From IMG/VR virus record IMGVR_UViG_3300025648_000013: a stretch of DNA of 64,000 nucleotides, one strand, 5' to 3'. Position 1 is the stretch's first letter. Every line of letters starts with the position of its first letter. Positions 35,928-44,857 of the stretch are shown here, one piece after another. Below the pieces are notes generated by a model. That model had not been told where the DNA came from and did no database searches. It was given only the letters and a program-made list of their open reading frames with translations. Position numbers and translations under genes: made by a program. This stretch comes from a virus.

Positions 35928-36060
35928 TATGGACTCCTTTATTATATTGTATATATTTATGAAATTTGTAATGGTGGTAGAGATTATACCAAAACAAACT
36001 GTTGCAAAACTGTTGAGATTGTGGTAAAAGGAGATAAGTTCATTATTAAGGAGAACGTGA

Positions 36061-36294
36061 ATGGATGAGTTGAAGATCAAAACACCAGCAGAGTTTGCTG
36101 AAGAGATTGAAGAGTTAATATGGCAGTATGATATTGATTATATTGATGCTGTTATGCTATACTGTGAACGAAACAATCTAGAAGTTGAGACAGTGGCGTC
36201 TCTAGTAAAGGGCAATGCCAATCTGAAGTCGCGAATGCAGAGTGATGCCGAGAACTTAAACTTTCTGCCAAAAGTCGCCAGATTGCCTGTATAA
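36061..36294 (+). CDS. gp33: late-transcription co-activator
   Basis: F...IE......YIDA...YCE.N..E.E......LK......A..LNFL; located before gp32. Confidence 0.85.
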   Translation: MDELKIKTPAEFAEEIEELIWQYDIDYIDAVMLYCERNNLEVETVASLVKGNANLKSRMQSDAENLNFLPKVARLPV

Positions 36295-36395
36295 ATACAT
36301 TGACACCAGAAGATATATGGTGTACAACAAGATATACATTATGAATACTGTGGATAATAAACATACAACAACTATACAAACATAAGGAAATATAT

Positions 36396-37319
36396 ATGGA
36401 CTTTAGCAACCTCAAGCGTAATAGCGGTTCAAGCATCAACAAGCTTAACGACCAGCTGAAGAAACTCAACACAAATGAAAACCAGTCAAGCAAAGACGAC
36501 CGCTTCTGGTATCCTGCAACAGATAAGACTGGTAATGGCTATGCTGTTATCCGCTTCCTTCCTGCTCCAGGCGAAGAAGATGTGCCATTCGTTCGTGTGT
36601 TTGAACATGGCTTCAAGGGCCCAAGCGGCACTTGGTATATCGAAAAGTCTCTGACCACACTCGGTCAGAACGATCCAGTTTCTGAGTATAACACTCAACT
36701 CTGGAACTCAACTACCGATGAGCAGTCACCAGCCCGTAAGCAGGCTCGTGAACAGAAGCGTAAGCTAAACTACGTTTCGAACATCTATGTTATCAAGGAT
36801 CCTGCGAACCCAGAGAATGAAGGCCAGGTTAAGCTTTTCAAGTATGGTAAGAAGATTTTTGATAAGATCAACGAATCAATGAATCCTGCTTTTGCGGATG
36901 AAGAAGCAATCAATCCATTTGATCTTTGGACTGGTGCTAACTTCAAGATCAAGATTCGTCAAGTTGCTGGTTATCGCAACTACGACTCTTCAGAGTTTGA
37001 AGCTGCTGGTCCTCTGTCAAAGGATGACAATAAGCTTGAACAGATTTGGAAGTCAGAGCATTCTCTACAAGAGTTTGTTGATCCAAAGAACTTCAAGGAC
37101 TATGATACATTGAAGCGTAAGTTGCACGCGGTTCTTGGCTTGAATGAAGCGGCTGCGGCTCGTCGTGAAGTCTTCGAAGATCCTATCGCTCGTGCTGAAG
37201 CACCGGTGCAGAGTCAAGCTGCTGCACCAAAGATTGCAGCCGCACAAGATGATGTGCCATGGGCAACAGATGATGAAGACGATGATCTAGCTTATTTCAA
37301 GAAGCTGATATCAGACTAA
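36396..37319 (+). CDS. gp32: single-stranded DNA-binding protein
   Basis: D.RFW...DK.GNGYAVIRFLP, YGKKIFDKI, NPFD.W.GANFK and acidic tail; unstructured A/C-rich leader. Confidence 0.95.
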   Translation: MDFSNLKRNSGSSINKLNDQLKKLNTNENQSSKDDRFWYPATDKTGNGYAVIRFLPAPGEEDVPFVRVFEHGFKGPSGTWYIEKSLTTLGQNDPVSEYNTQLWNSTTDEQSPARKQAREQKRKLNYVSNIYVIKDPANPENEGQVKLFKYGKKIFDKINESMNPAFADEEAINPFDLWTGANFKIKIRQVAGYRNYDSSEFEAAGPLSKDDNKLEQIWKSEHSLQEFVDPKNFKDYDTLKRKLHAVLGLNEAAAARREVFEDPIARAEAPVQSQAAAPKIAAAQDDVPWATDDEDDDLAYFKKLISD

Positions 37320-37329
37320 ATAGAATACT

Positions 37330-37421
37330 GGAGCAATGGCAGAGTCTGGCTTATTGCACTCGCCTTGAAAGCGAGAGAACCCGAAAGTCTACCGTGGGTT
37401 CGAATCCCACTTCTTCCTCCA
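37330..37421 (+). tRNA. tRNA-Ser(UGA)
   Basis: Anticodon arm CTCGC-CTTGAAA-GCGAG, long variable arm, GTGGG-TTCGAAT-CCCAC, encoded CCA. Confidence 0.85.
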
Positions 37422-37430
37422 GAGTAACTT

Positions 37431-37457
37431 AGGGGTAGCTTCGGCTACCCCTTTTTT
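37431..37457. terminator. Rho-independent terminator between convergent units
   Basis: AGGGGTAGC-TTCG-GCTACCCCT followed by a T run. Confidence 0.9.
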
Positions 37458-37737
37458 ATTGTGATGATGAATCGTCTGGTGTTGGATCGTTTGGTCTACT
37501 AGTGAACTTCTCAGCGCCAGCAAAACCAATACCAGCAATCGCGATGTCACGAAACGACTCAAAGATAAACTGTTCAACATGAAGATTGAAGAACGTATTG
37601 GAAATACCTAAACCCATCATAAAGAATGTTGATATGAATGCCAAAACACGCTTTGATGATGGATAACCATCGATGTCTTTAAGTAGTTCTGCTATCCATG
37701 GAAAAAACTGTGATAGCCATGCGAATAGTTTTATCAT
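37456..37737 (-). CDS. two-TM holin-like membrane protein
   Basis: SSKRV plus two hydrophobic helices, EKF ending. Confidence 0.55.
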   Translation of the reverse strand: MIKLFAWLSQFFPWIAELLKDIDGYPSSKRVLAFISTFFMMGLGISNTFFNLHVEQFIFESFRDIAIAGIGFAGAEKFTSRPNDPTPDDSSSQ

Positions 37738-37746
37738 AATGATTCC

Positions 37747-39177
37747 TTATGTTCCTGCGTGATGTTTATTGCCCTGTGCTGGTTCTTCTGCACCAAAATA
37801 AGATTCTACTGATTGCCACCAACTACTTGAAGACGAACTTTTGTTGCCCTTAGAACCACCTGGTGGTGTTGGTGAAATAGGCGAAATATCTGGCATCTTA
37901 CCTGCATAAGAGTCTGATAAGATTTTCTGCTGCTCTTGGTCGAACGTTCCCCAATGGTTCCTAAGTTTAGGTTGTTTCAACTTGATCGCTGCTATATCTA
38001 TATGCATGTGATCGCGTTCAAATCCTATACCAGTGATACCTTCTTTTAGTGCTGCTTTGAGAACTAGCGTTCTACCCGCATTTGATTGTAGAATAGGATT
38101 TCTAGAGTAACCTATGTCTAATGCTGTACCAGAATCGTGTCTTGTGTCAGGTCCTACAGCGCGACGGTGATCGTCTCTCGCGCCTGTAATGATGAACTTG
38201 GTGCCGACATCTTTTTCTATTCTTTTGAATGCACCAATGATATCTGGATCAATGCCGTGAAGTGTGACGGGATTAGAAGGATCGGTTTTGAGATTAACTC
38301 CCTCAACTTCTTGTGCAGTTAATGGCCTTACTTTTGGTAAAGGCATATTAGGCAAATCAGAACGACTGTTAGGATTTCTTCTTGGACCAGATGCTGGCTT
38401 ACCTGAAAGACTTATTTTTGTCGTTTCTTCATTTTTAGACACAGACACAGTAGAACCATATTCATCTCCTTCAGTATAGTCTATCTGTTCACCTGCTCCC
38501 ATAGGAACTGATGTAACGTCTAGTCTTTTAATGTCAGATTCTTTTTGTTGTGAAACTAATGTGGGAGCAGATTTCTTTTGATTCGTTTGCCCAGCGGTGC
38601 CTGATATATTCGAAGCAGCTTCTTTTACCTTGCGTTCGTCATCTTTTCTTTCATCTTCAACTGTATAAGGCTTACTCTTATCGCCTTGATCTACATTTGA
38701 TGTCTGTTCATATTGTGACACATTCGCAGCTTTTGTTTGTCCTCTATCACTCACTCCGATATTAACAATAGACATCAAAATGTCATATACATTGTCCATA
38801 ACTGTTGATAGTGTAGTCTCTACCGTAACGAACATCTTCTTTAACATTTTGAAAATGTTTTCGCCGAATCCTGCAATCAATACAGATGCAGCAACAACAA
38901 TGCCAGCAATCATGCCTCCCATGTCACCATCATCATTCTGTTCTTTGGTTACAGCAAGTTCTTCTGGGTTTGTTTCCATTTTTGGCTGCAACTTAACAGC
39001 ATCTATTTTCTTTGTTATAGAAAATATTCCAACGGCAGACAGAATAGCAACACCCAAATCATGCGTAAGCGCACTAATGCGGTTCTCTTCAGTGAGAACT
39101 TTAGTTACGACCTCTACTTCTTCTTTAGGCTTTTTGGATTTAGACCAAAAAGAGTTGATGGTTACATTCGGTATCAT
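37747..39177 (-). CDS. tail-associated protein with M15-type zinc peptidase domain
   Basis: ITGARD...H..G.ALDI...HMHID. Confidence 0.65.
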   Translation of the reverse strand: MIPNVTINSFWSKSKKPKEEVEVVTKVLTEENRISALTHDLGVAILSAVGIFSITKKIDAVKLQPKMETNPEELAVTKEQNDDGDMGGMIAGIVVAASVLIAGFGENIFKMLKKMFVTVETTLSTVMDNVYDILMSIVNIGVSDRGQTKAANVSQYEQTSNVDQGDKSKPYTVEDERKDDERKVKEAASNISGTAGQTNQKKSAPTLVSQQKESDIKRLDVTSVPMGAGEQIDYTEGDEYGSTVSVSKNEETTKISLSGKPASGPRRNPNSRSDLPNMPLPKVRPLTAQEVEGVNLKTDPSNPVTLHGIDPDIIGAFKRIEKDVGTKFIITGARDDHRRAVGPDTRHDSGTALDIGYSRNPILQSNAGRTLVLKAALKEGITGIGFERDHMHIDIAAIKLKQPKLRNHWGTFDQEQQKILSDSYAGKMPDISPISPTPPGGSKGNKSSSSSSWWQSVESYFGAEEPAQGNKHHAGT

Positions 39178-41600
39178 TAGCCCATACCGACGCCCATAGC
39201 AGGCTCATTTGCATTGAAGAATACTGAGACACGATCTTCATACGATGTTGAAGCAAATGGAGAAGGAATACCGTATTGCTGTGATTGGTTCAACTTAACA
39301 CCTCTCATAGGCATTGTACTTCTCATTGATCCTGAACTGGATTCCATAGTTTTAGAAGAATAAGGTGGTGAAGATCCCTTTTCAGATTTATCTGGTCGAA
39401 CATTTCTATCTGTTCCTTCAGCATGTACGATAGAAGATTTCGCTTGTTCGAATGACATACCAGAAGCATCTGGATGCTTTCTAAAGAAGTTCCAGGTGTT
39501 CTGTAGTTTGTGATTCTTCTGATTGTGTTCGTATAACCATTTAGCTGCTTTGTCTTGTGTAGTCTTATCAAAAGTATCATTAGGAGAAATGATACCATTG
39601 TCCATAATAGTTTGTAGTGTAACACTGTTTATAGAATATGCACCTAATCCACTATCAGCACCATGTGGCAACTTACCTCTAGAGTTAGGTATCAAAACGT
39701 TTTTTTGGAAATCGAATACTTCTGATACTTTTAGTTGAGTTAACTTCTTACCTGGGAACTTATCTTGGATTTTACCAAACTTTCCATATCCCAATACAAT
39801 ATCATATGAAGAATCGGCGATTTCTGTCTGTCCACCGCCGCCACCGACTGTATTTTTTTTGTCTCCAGCAGTTGCAGGATTGAATCCTCCAGCAGTTGCA
39901 ATGTTGCCAGCAGTTACTGGTGTTGTACCTGTGATTAGACCAGCAGCTATTTTTGCTTGGTTCAATGCATCAGAAGCCATATCAGATGCTACATCAACTA
40001 CTGTCTTTTCGCCAGTGATGATCTGCCAAATCTTTGTTGCAAGATACTCACCTACACTAGCACCGCCAAAGCCTCCGATAAGTCCACCCACCACGCTGCC
40101 TACTGCGGCACCAACTAGATTGCCCACACCTGGTATGACAGTACCCAAAGCACCAAAGAGCGCACCACCTGCCGCAGCACCACCAATGGCACCTAACTCT
40201 GCTCCAATGAATGCACCTAATGCTCTCACGAAAGCCTTTTCGACTTCATTCCATGATCCTGTACCAATACCAACTTTTAACAAAGCAATCAATGGATCTA
40301 AGAACATCAGAAACTTAGCATACTTTGCTATTCCCTGAAGTATTCCTCTAATAGGGACAAGATAGCTGAGTGCCTTTGCCGCTTTACTTGACATTTTCAT
40401 TGCGCCACGACCGGCACCTTTTGCAAGCATTTTGCCTAATGAGTCCGCTTCTCTGGTAACAACTTCATCTTGTGCCATCGCGATTGGTTTGCCAGACTCA
40501 TAAGCTTGTTTATCTGAAAACATATTCTTGAAAGATTCGTTGAACTTTTTAGGATCTTTCAATACTACGTTTCTTAGCAATGCTCTTTGTGCAGACTTCA
40601 ATGATTGTTTTGTGCCTTGCCCAAACTCACCGCGACTTTGCTTATAATATGTGTCAAACATGCTGCGAAGATACTTCTCTTCTGCACCAACTTGTGATAT
40701 CTTAGTTACACTGCCTTCAAATGGCTGCAACTTTGCTAACAGTGTACTTCCTGTTCTGGAAGCCCATTGAGACAAACCCTCTAAAGATCGTGTCAGAGTT
40801 TTAGATGCAACTAGTAATCCAGCAGCTAATCTTTGTGTACCATCCCATGTCCATTTTGCGAACTTGTTATACCAATCAAGTATCGTCGGCATCAAAGCAA
40901 CGGTTAGAAATGGAAGAATAGAACCGCCAGACTTATCGTTTAGTCCTTTGGCTTTGGCTAGCCATGGATAAGAATCTTTAGTAGAATATTTTAGAGTTTC
41001 TTCCTGGCTCGATATCTCTTGCTCTGCTATGCGATCACGTTCTAGTGTGAGGTGATCGCTCAAAACTTTCTTGATGCCGAGCATATGGTTGTCTAGTCGT
41101 GACAACTTGTTATCAATAAGCGTAAGTCTAGAAACGATCAACGCCATAGTGTTGCGTTGCATCGCTTGTTCAACATCACGAGGATCTGGCTTTTGATTTC
41201 TGCCGAACCAGAATCCTTTTGTCAAAAGAGATTCTTGTTTTGAGATGTTTCGATTTACATCATCAAAGTTTTCTGAAGCAGAGGTGCTAGTTGAGCCAGC
41301 ATATGTGCCCGATGATGTTTCTTTTTCTACCGATTCTGTGCTATCTGCTTTATCGTCTTTGTTTTTACCAAAGATCGACCTAACTGTCTTCCCAATCTCA
41401 CCTATCTCTTCAGCACCAATCAACTTGTTAATGATGCCACCGCCTCTTTTAGCAGCGACACCAGCTTCTGCTGCTTCACCTGCAATAGCGCCACCTTCAG
41501 CGGCCATGGCGCCACCTTCTGCTGCAATCCCACCAACTTCAGCGGCACCAGCAATCATCTCGCCAGCTTCGATAGCACCTATGATTAGAGGAAGAACCAT
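39177..41600 (-). CDS. tape-measure-like protein with lysozyme-like C-terminal domain
   Basis: Helical, Gly/Ala-rich TM zone; GAYSI...TL...FD..TQDK motif; downstream of gp26/gp51. Confidence 0.65.
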   Translation of the reverse strand: MVLPLIIGAIEAGEMIAGAAEVGGIAAEGGAMAAEGGAIAGEAAEAGVAAKRGGGIINKLIGAEEIGEIGKTVRSIFGKNKDDKADSTESVEKETSSGTYAGSTSTSASENFDDVNRNISKQESLLTKGFWFGRNQKPDPRDVEQAMQRNTMALIVSRLTLIDNKLSRLDNHMLGIKKVLSDHLTLERDRIAEQEISSQEETLKYSTKDSYPWLAKAKGLNDKSGGSILPFLTVALMPTILDWYNKFAKWTWDGTQRLAAGLLVASKTLTRSLEGLSQWASRTGSTLLAKLQPFEGSVTKISQVGAEEKYLRSMFDTYYKQSRGEFGQGTKQSLKSAQRALLRNVVLKDPKKFNESFKNMFSDKQAYESGKPIAMAQDEVVTREADSLGKMLAKGAGRGAMKMSSKAAKALSYLVPIRGILQGIAKYAKFLMFLDPLIALLKVGIGTGSWNEVEKAFVRALGAFIGAELGAIGGAAAGGALFGALGTVIPGVGNLVGAAVGSVVGGLIGGFGGASVGEYLATKIWQIITGEKTVVDVASDMASDALNQAKIAAGLITGTTPVTAGNIATAGGFNPATAGDKKNTVGGGGGQTEIADSSYDIVLGYGKFGKIQDKFPGKKLTQLKVSEVFDFQKNVLIPNSRGKLPHGADSGLGAYSINSVTLQTIMDNGIISPNDTFDKTTQDKAAKWLYEHNQKNHKLQNTWNFFRKHPDASGMSFEQAKSSIVHAEGTDRNVRPDKSEKGSSPPYSSKTMESSSGSMRSTMPMRGVKLNQSQQYGIPSPFASTSYEDRVSVFFNANEPAMGVGMG

Positions 41601-41615
41601 TCTTACTTGCTTTCT

Positions 41616-41774
41616 TTACTGACTGTTCTTTTCGGCTTCTATTTCCTCTTTGATCATATTAACGTAGATATCACGCTCAAAGGGTATTAGACTTTCTATT
41701 TCATCAATAGTGTAATTATGATATTTTTTCATAGAAAATATCAAAGAATAGTAACCACCCAGATCATTGTGCAT
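41616..41774 (-). CDS. gp51: baseplate hub assembly protein (52 aa)
   Basis: Translated by hand: L.GYY...FSMKKYHNYTIDEIESLIPFERDIYVNMI. Confidence 0.8.
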   Translation of the reverse strand: MHNDLGGYYSLIFSMKKYHNYTIDEIESLIPFERDIYVNMIKEEIEAEKNSQ

Positions 41775-42496
41775 CAAACCAAGGTAAAAAAATCATCTAG
41801 CGAAGACAGTTCGATTTCTCGTTCTGTTCCCATGCTGTTTGTATATTCGATCTTGTAATATAACTTAGGCATAGTATCAAAGAACTTCTGAATATCGGTA
41901 AAGGCAGACACACTTAAAGATTCCACAAATGTCTGTAGTTCTTCTGGCGTTTCATCTTTCGCTGGATAAACGTTCTCGGCATCATAGACGTAATCAATAC
42001 ATGAAGATATCATGAACAATGCAGCATCTTCTTCCGCGATGTCCAGTTCTTCCATTTTGAGAATCATAGTTGCAGTTGGATACTTTAGAACAACGCCGAC
42101 TTCTTTGTCTACTTTGATCTTGTTCTTGTGTTCTGGTGTATGAACGATTTCGATTTGATCTAGAGGAACTTCGAAGTCATAATGCTTTTGGTCTTCATGA
42201 TCCATATATCTCAGCTTCACCATGTTGTCCACAGATTTGGCTCTGATTTTGATGAAAAGGTATTCTAGATCAAATGTGGTGAGGTTATCCACATCGACAG
42301 ATGAACCGTCAGATAACACCACACAGTTGTTGATGATCTGCTTAAGCGCGTTGACGATTTCTTTCTTTGTTCCGCCTGCTTGTGCCATGAGAAGAATCTT
42401 CTCTTCTTTGACAAGAAACGGGCGAAACTTGGCATTCTTGTTTGTTGAAGGAATAGTCACATCAAACAAAGGCACTTTGAGTTTTGGTAAAGCCAT
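41774..42496 (-). CDS. gp26: baseplate hub subunit / chaperone
   Basis: MALPK..P......PS....FRPFLVKEEKILL, FDLEYLF.KIRAKSV, FF.TMPKL. Confidence 0.9.
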   Translation of the reverse strand: MALPKLKVPLFDVTIPSTNKNAKFRPFLVKEEKILLMAQAGGTKKEIVNALKQIINNCVVLSDGSSVDVDNLTTFDLEYLFIKIRAKSVDNMVKLRYMDHEDQKHYDFEVPLDQIEIVHTPEHKNKIKVDKEVGVVLKYPTATMILKMEELDIAEEDAALFMISSCIDYVYDAENVYPAKDETPEELQTFVESLSVSAFTDIQKFFDTMPKLYYKIEYTNSMGTEREIELSSLDDFFTLV

Positions 42497-42511
42497 AATA
42501 ATCTCCTTGTA

Positions 42512-43204
42512 TTATGATAGATAAAAGTCAGTGTAACTTATAGTCATGTCTACTTTGACGTATTGATCTGTTGCACTCCACGATAAATCGATAGGTGACA
42601 TTGATCTAAGAAAACATTTATTGAAGTTGTATGTAATCAACTCCTTGGCACCAGCAGTATAAACAATAACTTTTGTTGTAAAAACAATATCATCTTTATA
42701 CGCAACTTCATAAGGAGATGCTGTATTTGAGAATAATCCGCTGCCACGACTTACATTCAGATCGGTGTTGGCCATAGAATATGATTTATTAAATGCTGCT
42801 GTCCCTGAAAGTGTGTTAACAAGATCAACGATACCTATTGGCCGACTTTCTGGAGCAATGATAGTCACACGTAATGGCTGAAATACTGGTCGATAAGGAA
42901 CATCTTCTAATGGACCATATCCATAACGTCTGATCTTTTCGGTGTCTAGAGAAACATCTGGAAGTTCAACTCTTTCTGCCAAGAACTTATACACCTCATT
43001 GTCTAATTTAGAACCAGTAAAAACGACTCTATATAAAGTCGATCTTAAAGTTCCTCCTGCGCCAGATAGCTCTGTTTTGAACCTTTCGATAGAAAACTCT
43101 TGAGGATCTACAGGCGGTGGCGCGCGGCGGGCAGTTACCACAATATCCGGATCTACGGGCGAGTCTGGACCTGTTGGTGTATTAGTAGGTGGATTAGATG
43201 CCAT
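42512..43204 (-). CDS. tail-tube-initiator-like (gp54/gp19 fold) protein
   Basis: Tube-fold motifs (LP...L, PY...F, LSW, V..SY); position in the block. Confidence 0.6.
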   Translation of the reverse strand: MASNPPTNTPTGPDSPVDPDIVVTARRAPPPVDPQEFSIERFKTELSGAGGTLRSTLYRVVFTGSKLDNEVYKFLAERVELPDVSLDTEKIRRYGYGPLEDVPYRPVFQPLRVTIIAPESRPIGIVDLVNTLSGTAAFNKSYSMANTDLNVSRGSGLFSNTASPYEVAYKDDIVFTTKVIVYTAGAKELITYNFNKCFLRSMSPIDLSWSATDQYVKVDMTISYTDFYLS

Positions 43205-43806
43205 TATCTTGAACCTCTATTGATAATCTGCTTAGAATCTTTCCAGACTTGATCTTTGCTTGCTTTCGCGAAGTTCTCAACAGGTAGAAACAATGCGATG
43301 TCCCATTCTGCTGGAACAATATAGATAAACTTCGATCTTAGATGACCTGTTAGATACTGCTTGATGCAAGGCTTGATGTACTTATTCGTAGCCGCAGCAT
43401 TCAATATGTTATAACTGATATTCAACTTAGCGTTATCACTCAGATTTGCATCATTAACATACGGATAGAGCATGTCCATCAACTTCGCTCTCAGAACTGG
43501 TGGTAGATAGTGTAGATTGATGCCGATGAAGCCGTCTGGAGTCTTCTTCAGAGGGAAAATCAATGGGAACATATCGTAGTAGGGCAAAGTCTTTTTGTAC
43601 TTTGGATCGTATTGGAACATGTACATACGACCAACCTGAATCTGATTGGTGATTGCAGTCTTGTTCGCTAGTAGTCGCGTCTCGGTAATACTGGAAAGCT
43701 TCTTGGCGGTGTTTCGAAACCAGTTACGTGCCTCTGTTGTTCGCCCAGGAACTTGCCCCTGTCGAATGCCTTGTGCTAATGTCTGATCGAATAAACCTAT
43801 TGCGAT
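43204..43806 (-). CDS. gp2: DNA end-protector protein (start uncertain: ATC 43806 or ATG 43866)
   Basis: GRMYMFQYDPK.K..LPYYD.FPL, GINLHYLPP..RA, W..A..LP. Confidence 0.9.
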   Translation of the reverse strand: MAIGLFDQTLAQGIRQGQVPGRTTEARNWFRNTAKKLSSITETRLLANKTAITNQIQVGRMYMFQYDPKYKKTLPYYDMFPLIFPLKKTPDGFIGINLHYLPPVLRAKLMDMLYPYVNDANLSDNAKLNISYNILNAAATNKYIKPCIKQYLTGHLRSKFIYIVPAEWDIALFLPVENFAKASKDQVWKDSKQIINRGSR

Positions 43807-43823
43807 GTCGAATATCCTAAAAC

Positions 43824-43896
43824 TATAAATAATAATGTAGATCGCGGTGCCCGCCAAGAAACCCATCTACTCTAACGCTTACAAGGAGCATCAGCT
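43824..43896 (+). promoter_or_regulatory. late promoter plus structured leader RNA, homologous to the leader at 2054-2120
   Basis: GTAGAT/ATCTAC stem, CGC bulge, GGT/ACC inner stem, AAGGAGCATCAGCT-ATG. Confidence 0.7.
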
Positions 43897-44835
43897 ATGT
43901 CTATTTATACATCTGATATGGAATGTCGAATATGTTTTCGAGATTTCAAGTCTACTTTATCTCTAGCTAGACACATATCACAAAAACACAATATACCATC
44001 AGAGACATATTATCTTACTTACATCGGCGACAACAAATGTGCGCTCTGTTCGTCTGCTACCAAGTTCAAACGACTAGGAGTTGGATTTTCATCCACATGT
44101 GGACACAAATGCGGCGCAAAGTTTTTTAGAGAAAATCTAAAAAATGATGATATACGCTATGATAAGTTTATCGATAAAGTCAAAACAAATCAAACTAAAA
44201 TATGGAAAGAACGTTATGCGGACGGCAGTATTGTCGAACTAAAAGAAAAGATGAGAGAAAGCAATACTGCCTCTCATCTTTCTCCGCAAGAACGAAAAGA
44301 GCAATACAGTAGATACTACACCTGTGATGAAGAAACTATCGCTAGACTAAATAAAACAGGCGCAGAACAATGTATTAATAATATAACAACAGGAAAAGCT
44401 GGATACGTATCCATGTCAAAAGGTAAGTTCACTCCCAAAAATCCAAGTAAGTATATGGGAGATCCCACAAACATAATATACAGAAGTTCTTGGGAACTAC
44501 ACTTCTTTATGTATTGTGACAAGCATCCAGAGATATCAGGATGGGCATCAGAAGAAATGACAATACCTTATGTCTCTCCTATAGACGGTAGATATCACCG
44601 ATACTTTCCAGACGTACTAATAAAGAAAAAAGACGGCAAAGTCATATTGGTTGAAATCAAACCATATACGCAAACACAGGAACCAAAAAGACCTAAAACA
44701 CAAACAAAGCGATACATTGAAGAAGTAAAGACGTATGTTGTTAACCAAGCCAAATGGAAAGCAGCGAAAGAACACGCGGATGACAAAGGATGGGAGTTTG
44801 TTGTGATGACGGAAAGAGAACTTTACTCAAAATAG
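43897..44835 (+). CDS. gp4: head-completion nuclease (TnsA-like) with ~170-aa N-terminal zinc-finger extension
   Basis: KGKF.PKNP.KY.GDP..I.YRSSWE, YFPD, VEIKP, NQAKW.AA; N-terminal CRIC...H....H and CALC. Confidence 0.85.
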   Translation: MSIYTSDMECRICFRDFKSTLSLARHISQKHNIPSETYYLTYIGDNKCALCSSATKFKRLGVGFSSTCGHKCGAKFFRENLKNDDIRYDKFIDKVKTNQTKIWKERYADGSIVELKEKMRESNTASHLSPQERKEQYSRYYTCDEETIARLNKTGAEQCINNITTGKAGYVSMSKGKFTPKNPSKYMGDPTNIIYRSSWELHFFMYCDKHPEISGWASEEMTIPYVSPIDGRYHRYFPDVLIKKKDGKVILVEIKPYTQTQEPKRPKTQTKRYIEEVKTYVVNQAKWKAAKEHADDKGWEFVVMTERELYSK

Positions 44836-44839
44836 AGAA

Positions 44840-44857
44840 GATGAACTTGCCTTTCAT
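44840..44857 (-). pseudogene. stub of the original gp4 start (ATG AAA GGC AAG TTC ATC = MKGKFI)
   Basis: Matches the gp4 N-terminal KGKF; minus-strand TATAAATA at 44893-44886 and a GAG RBS upstream. Confidence 0.6.
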
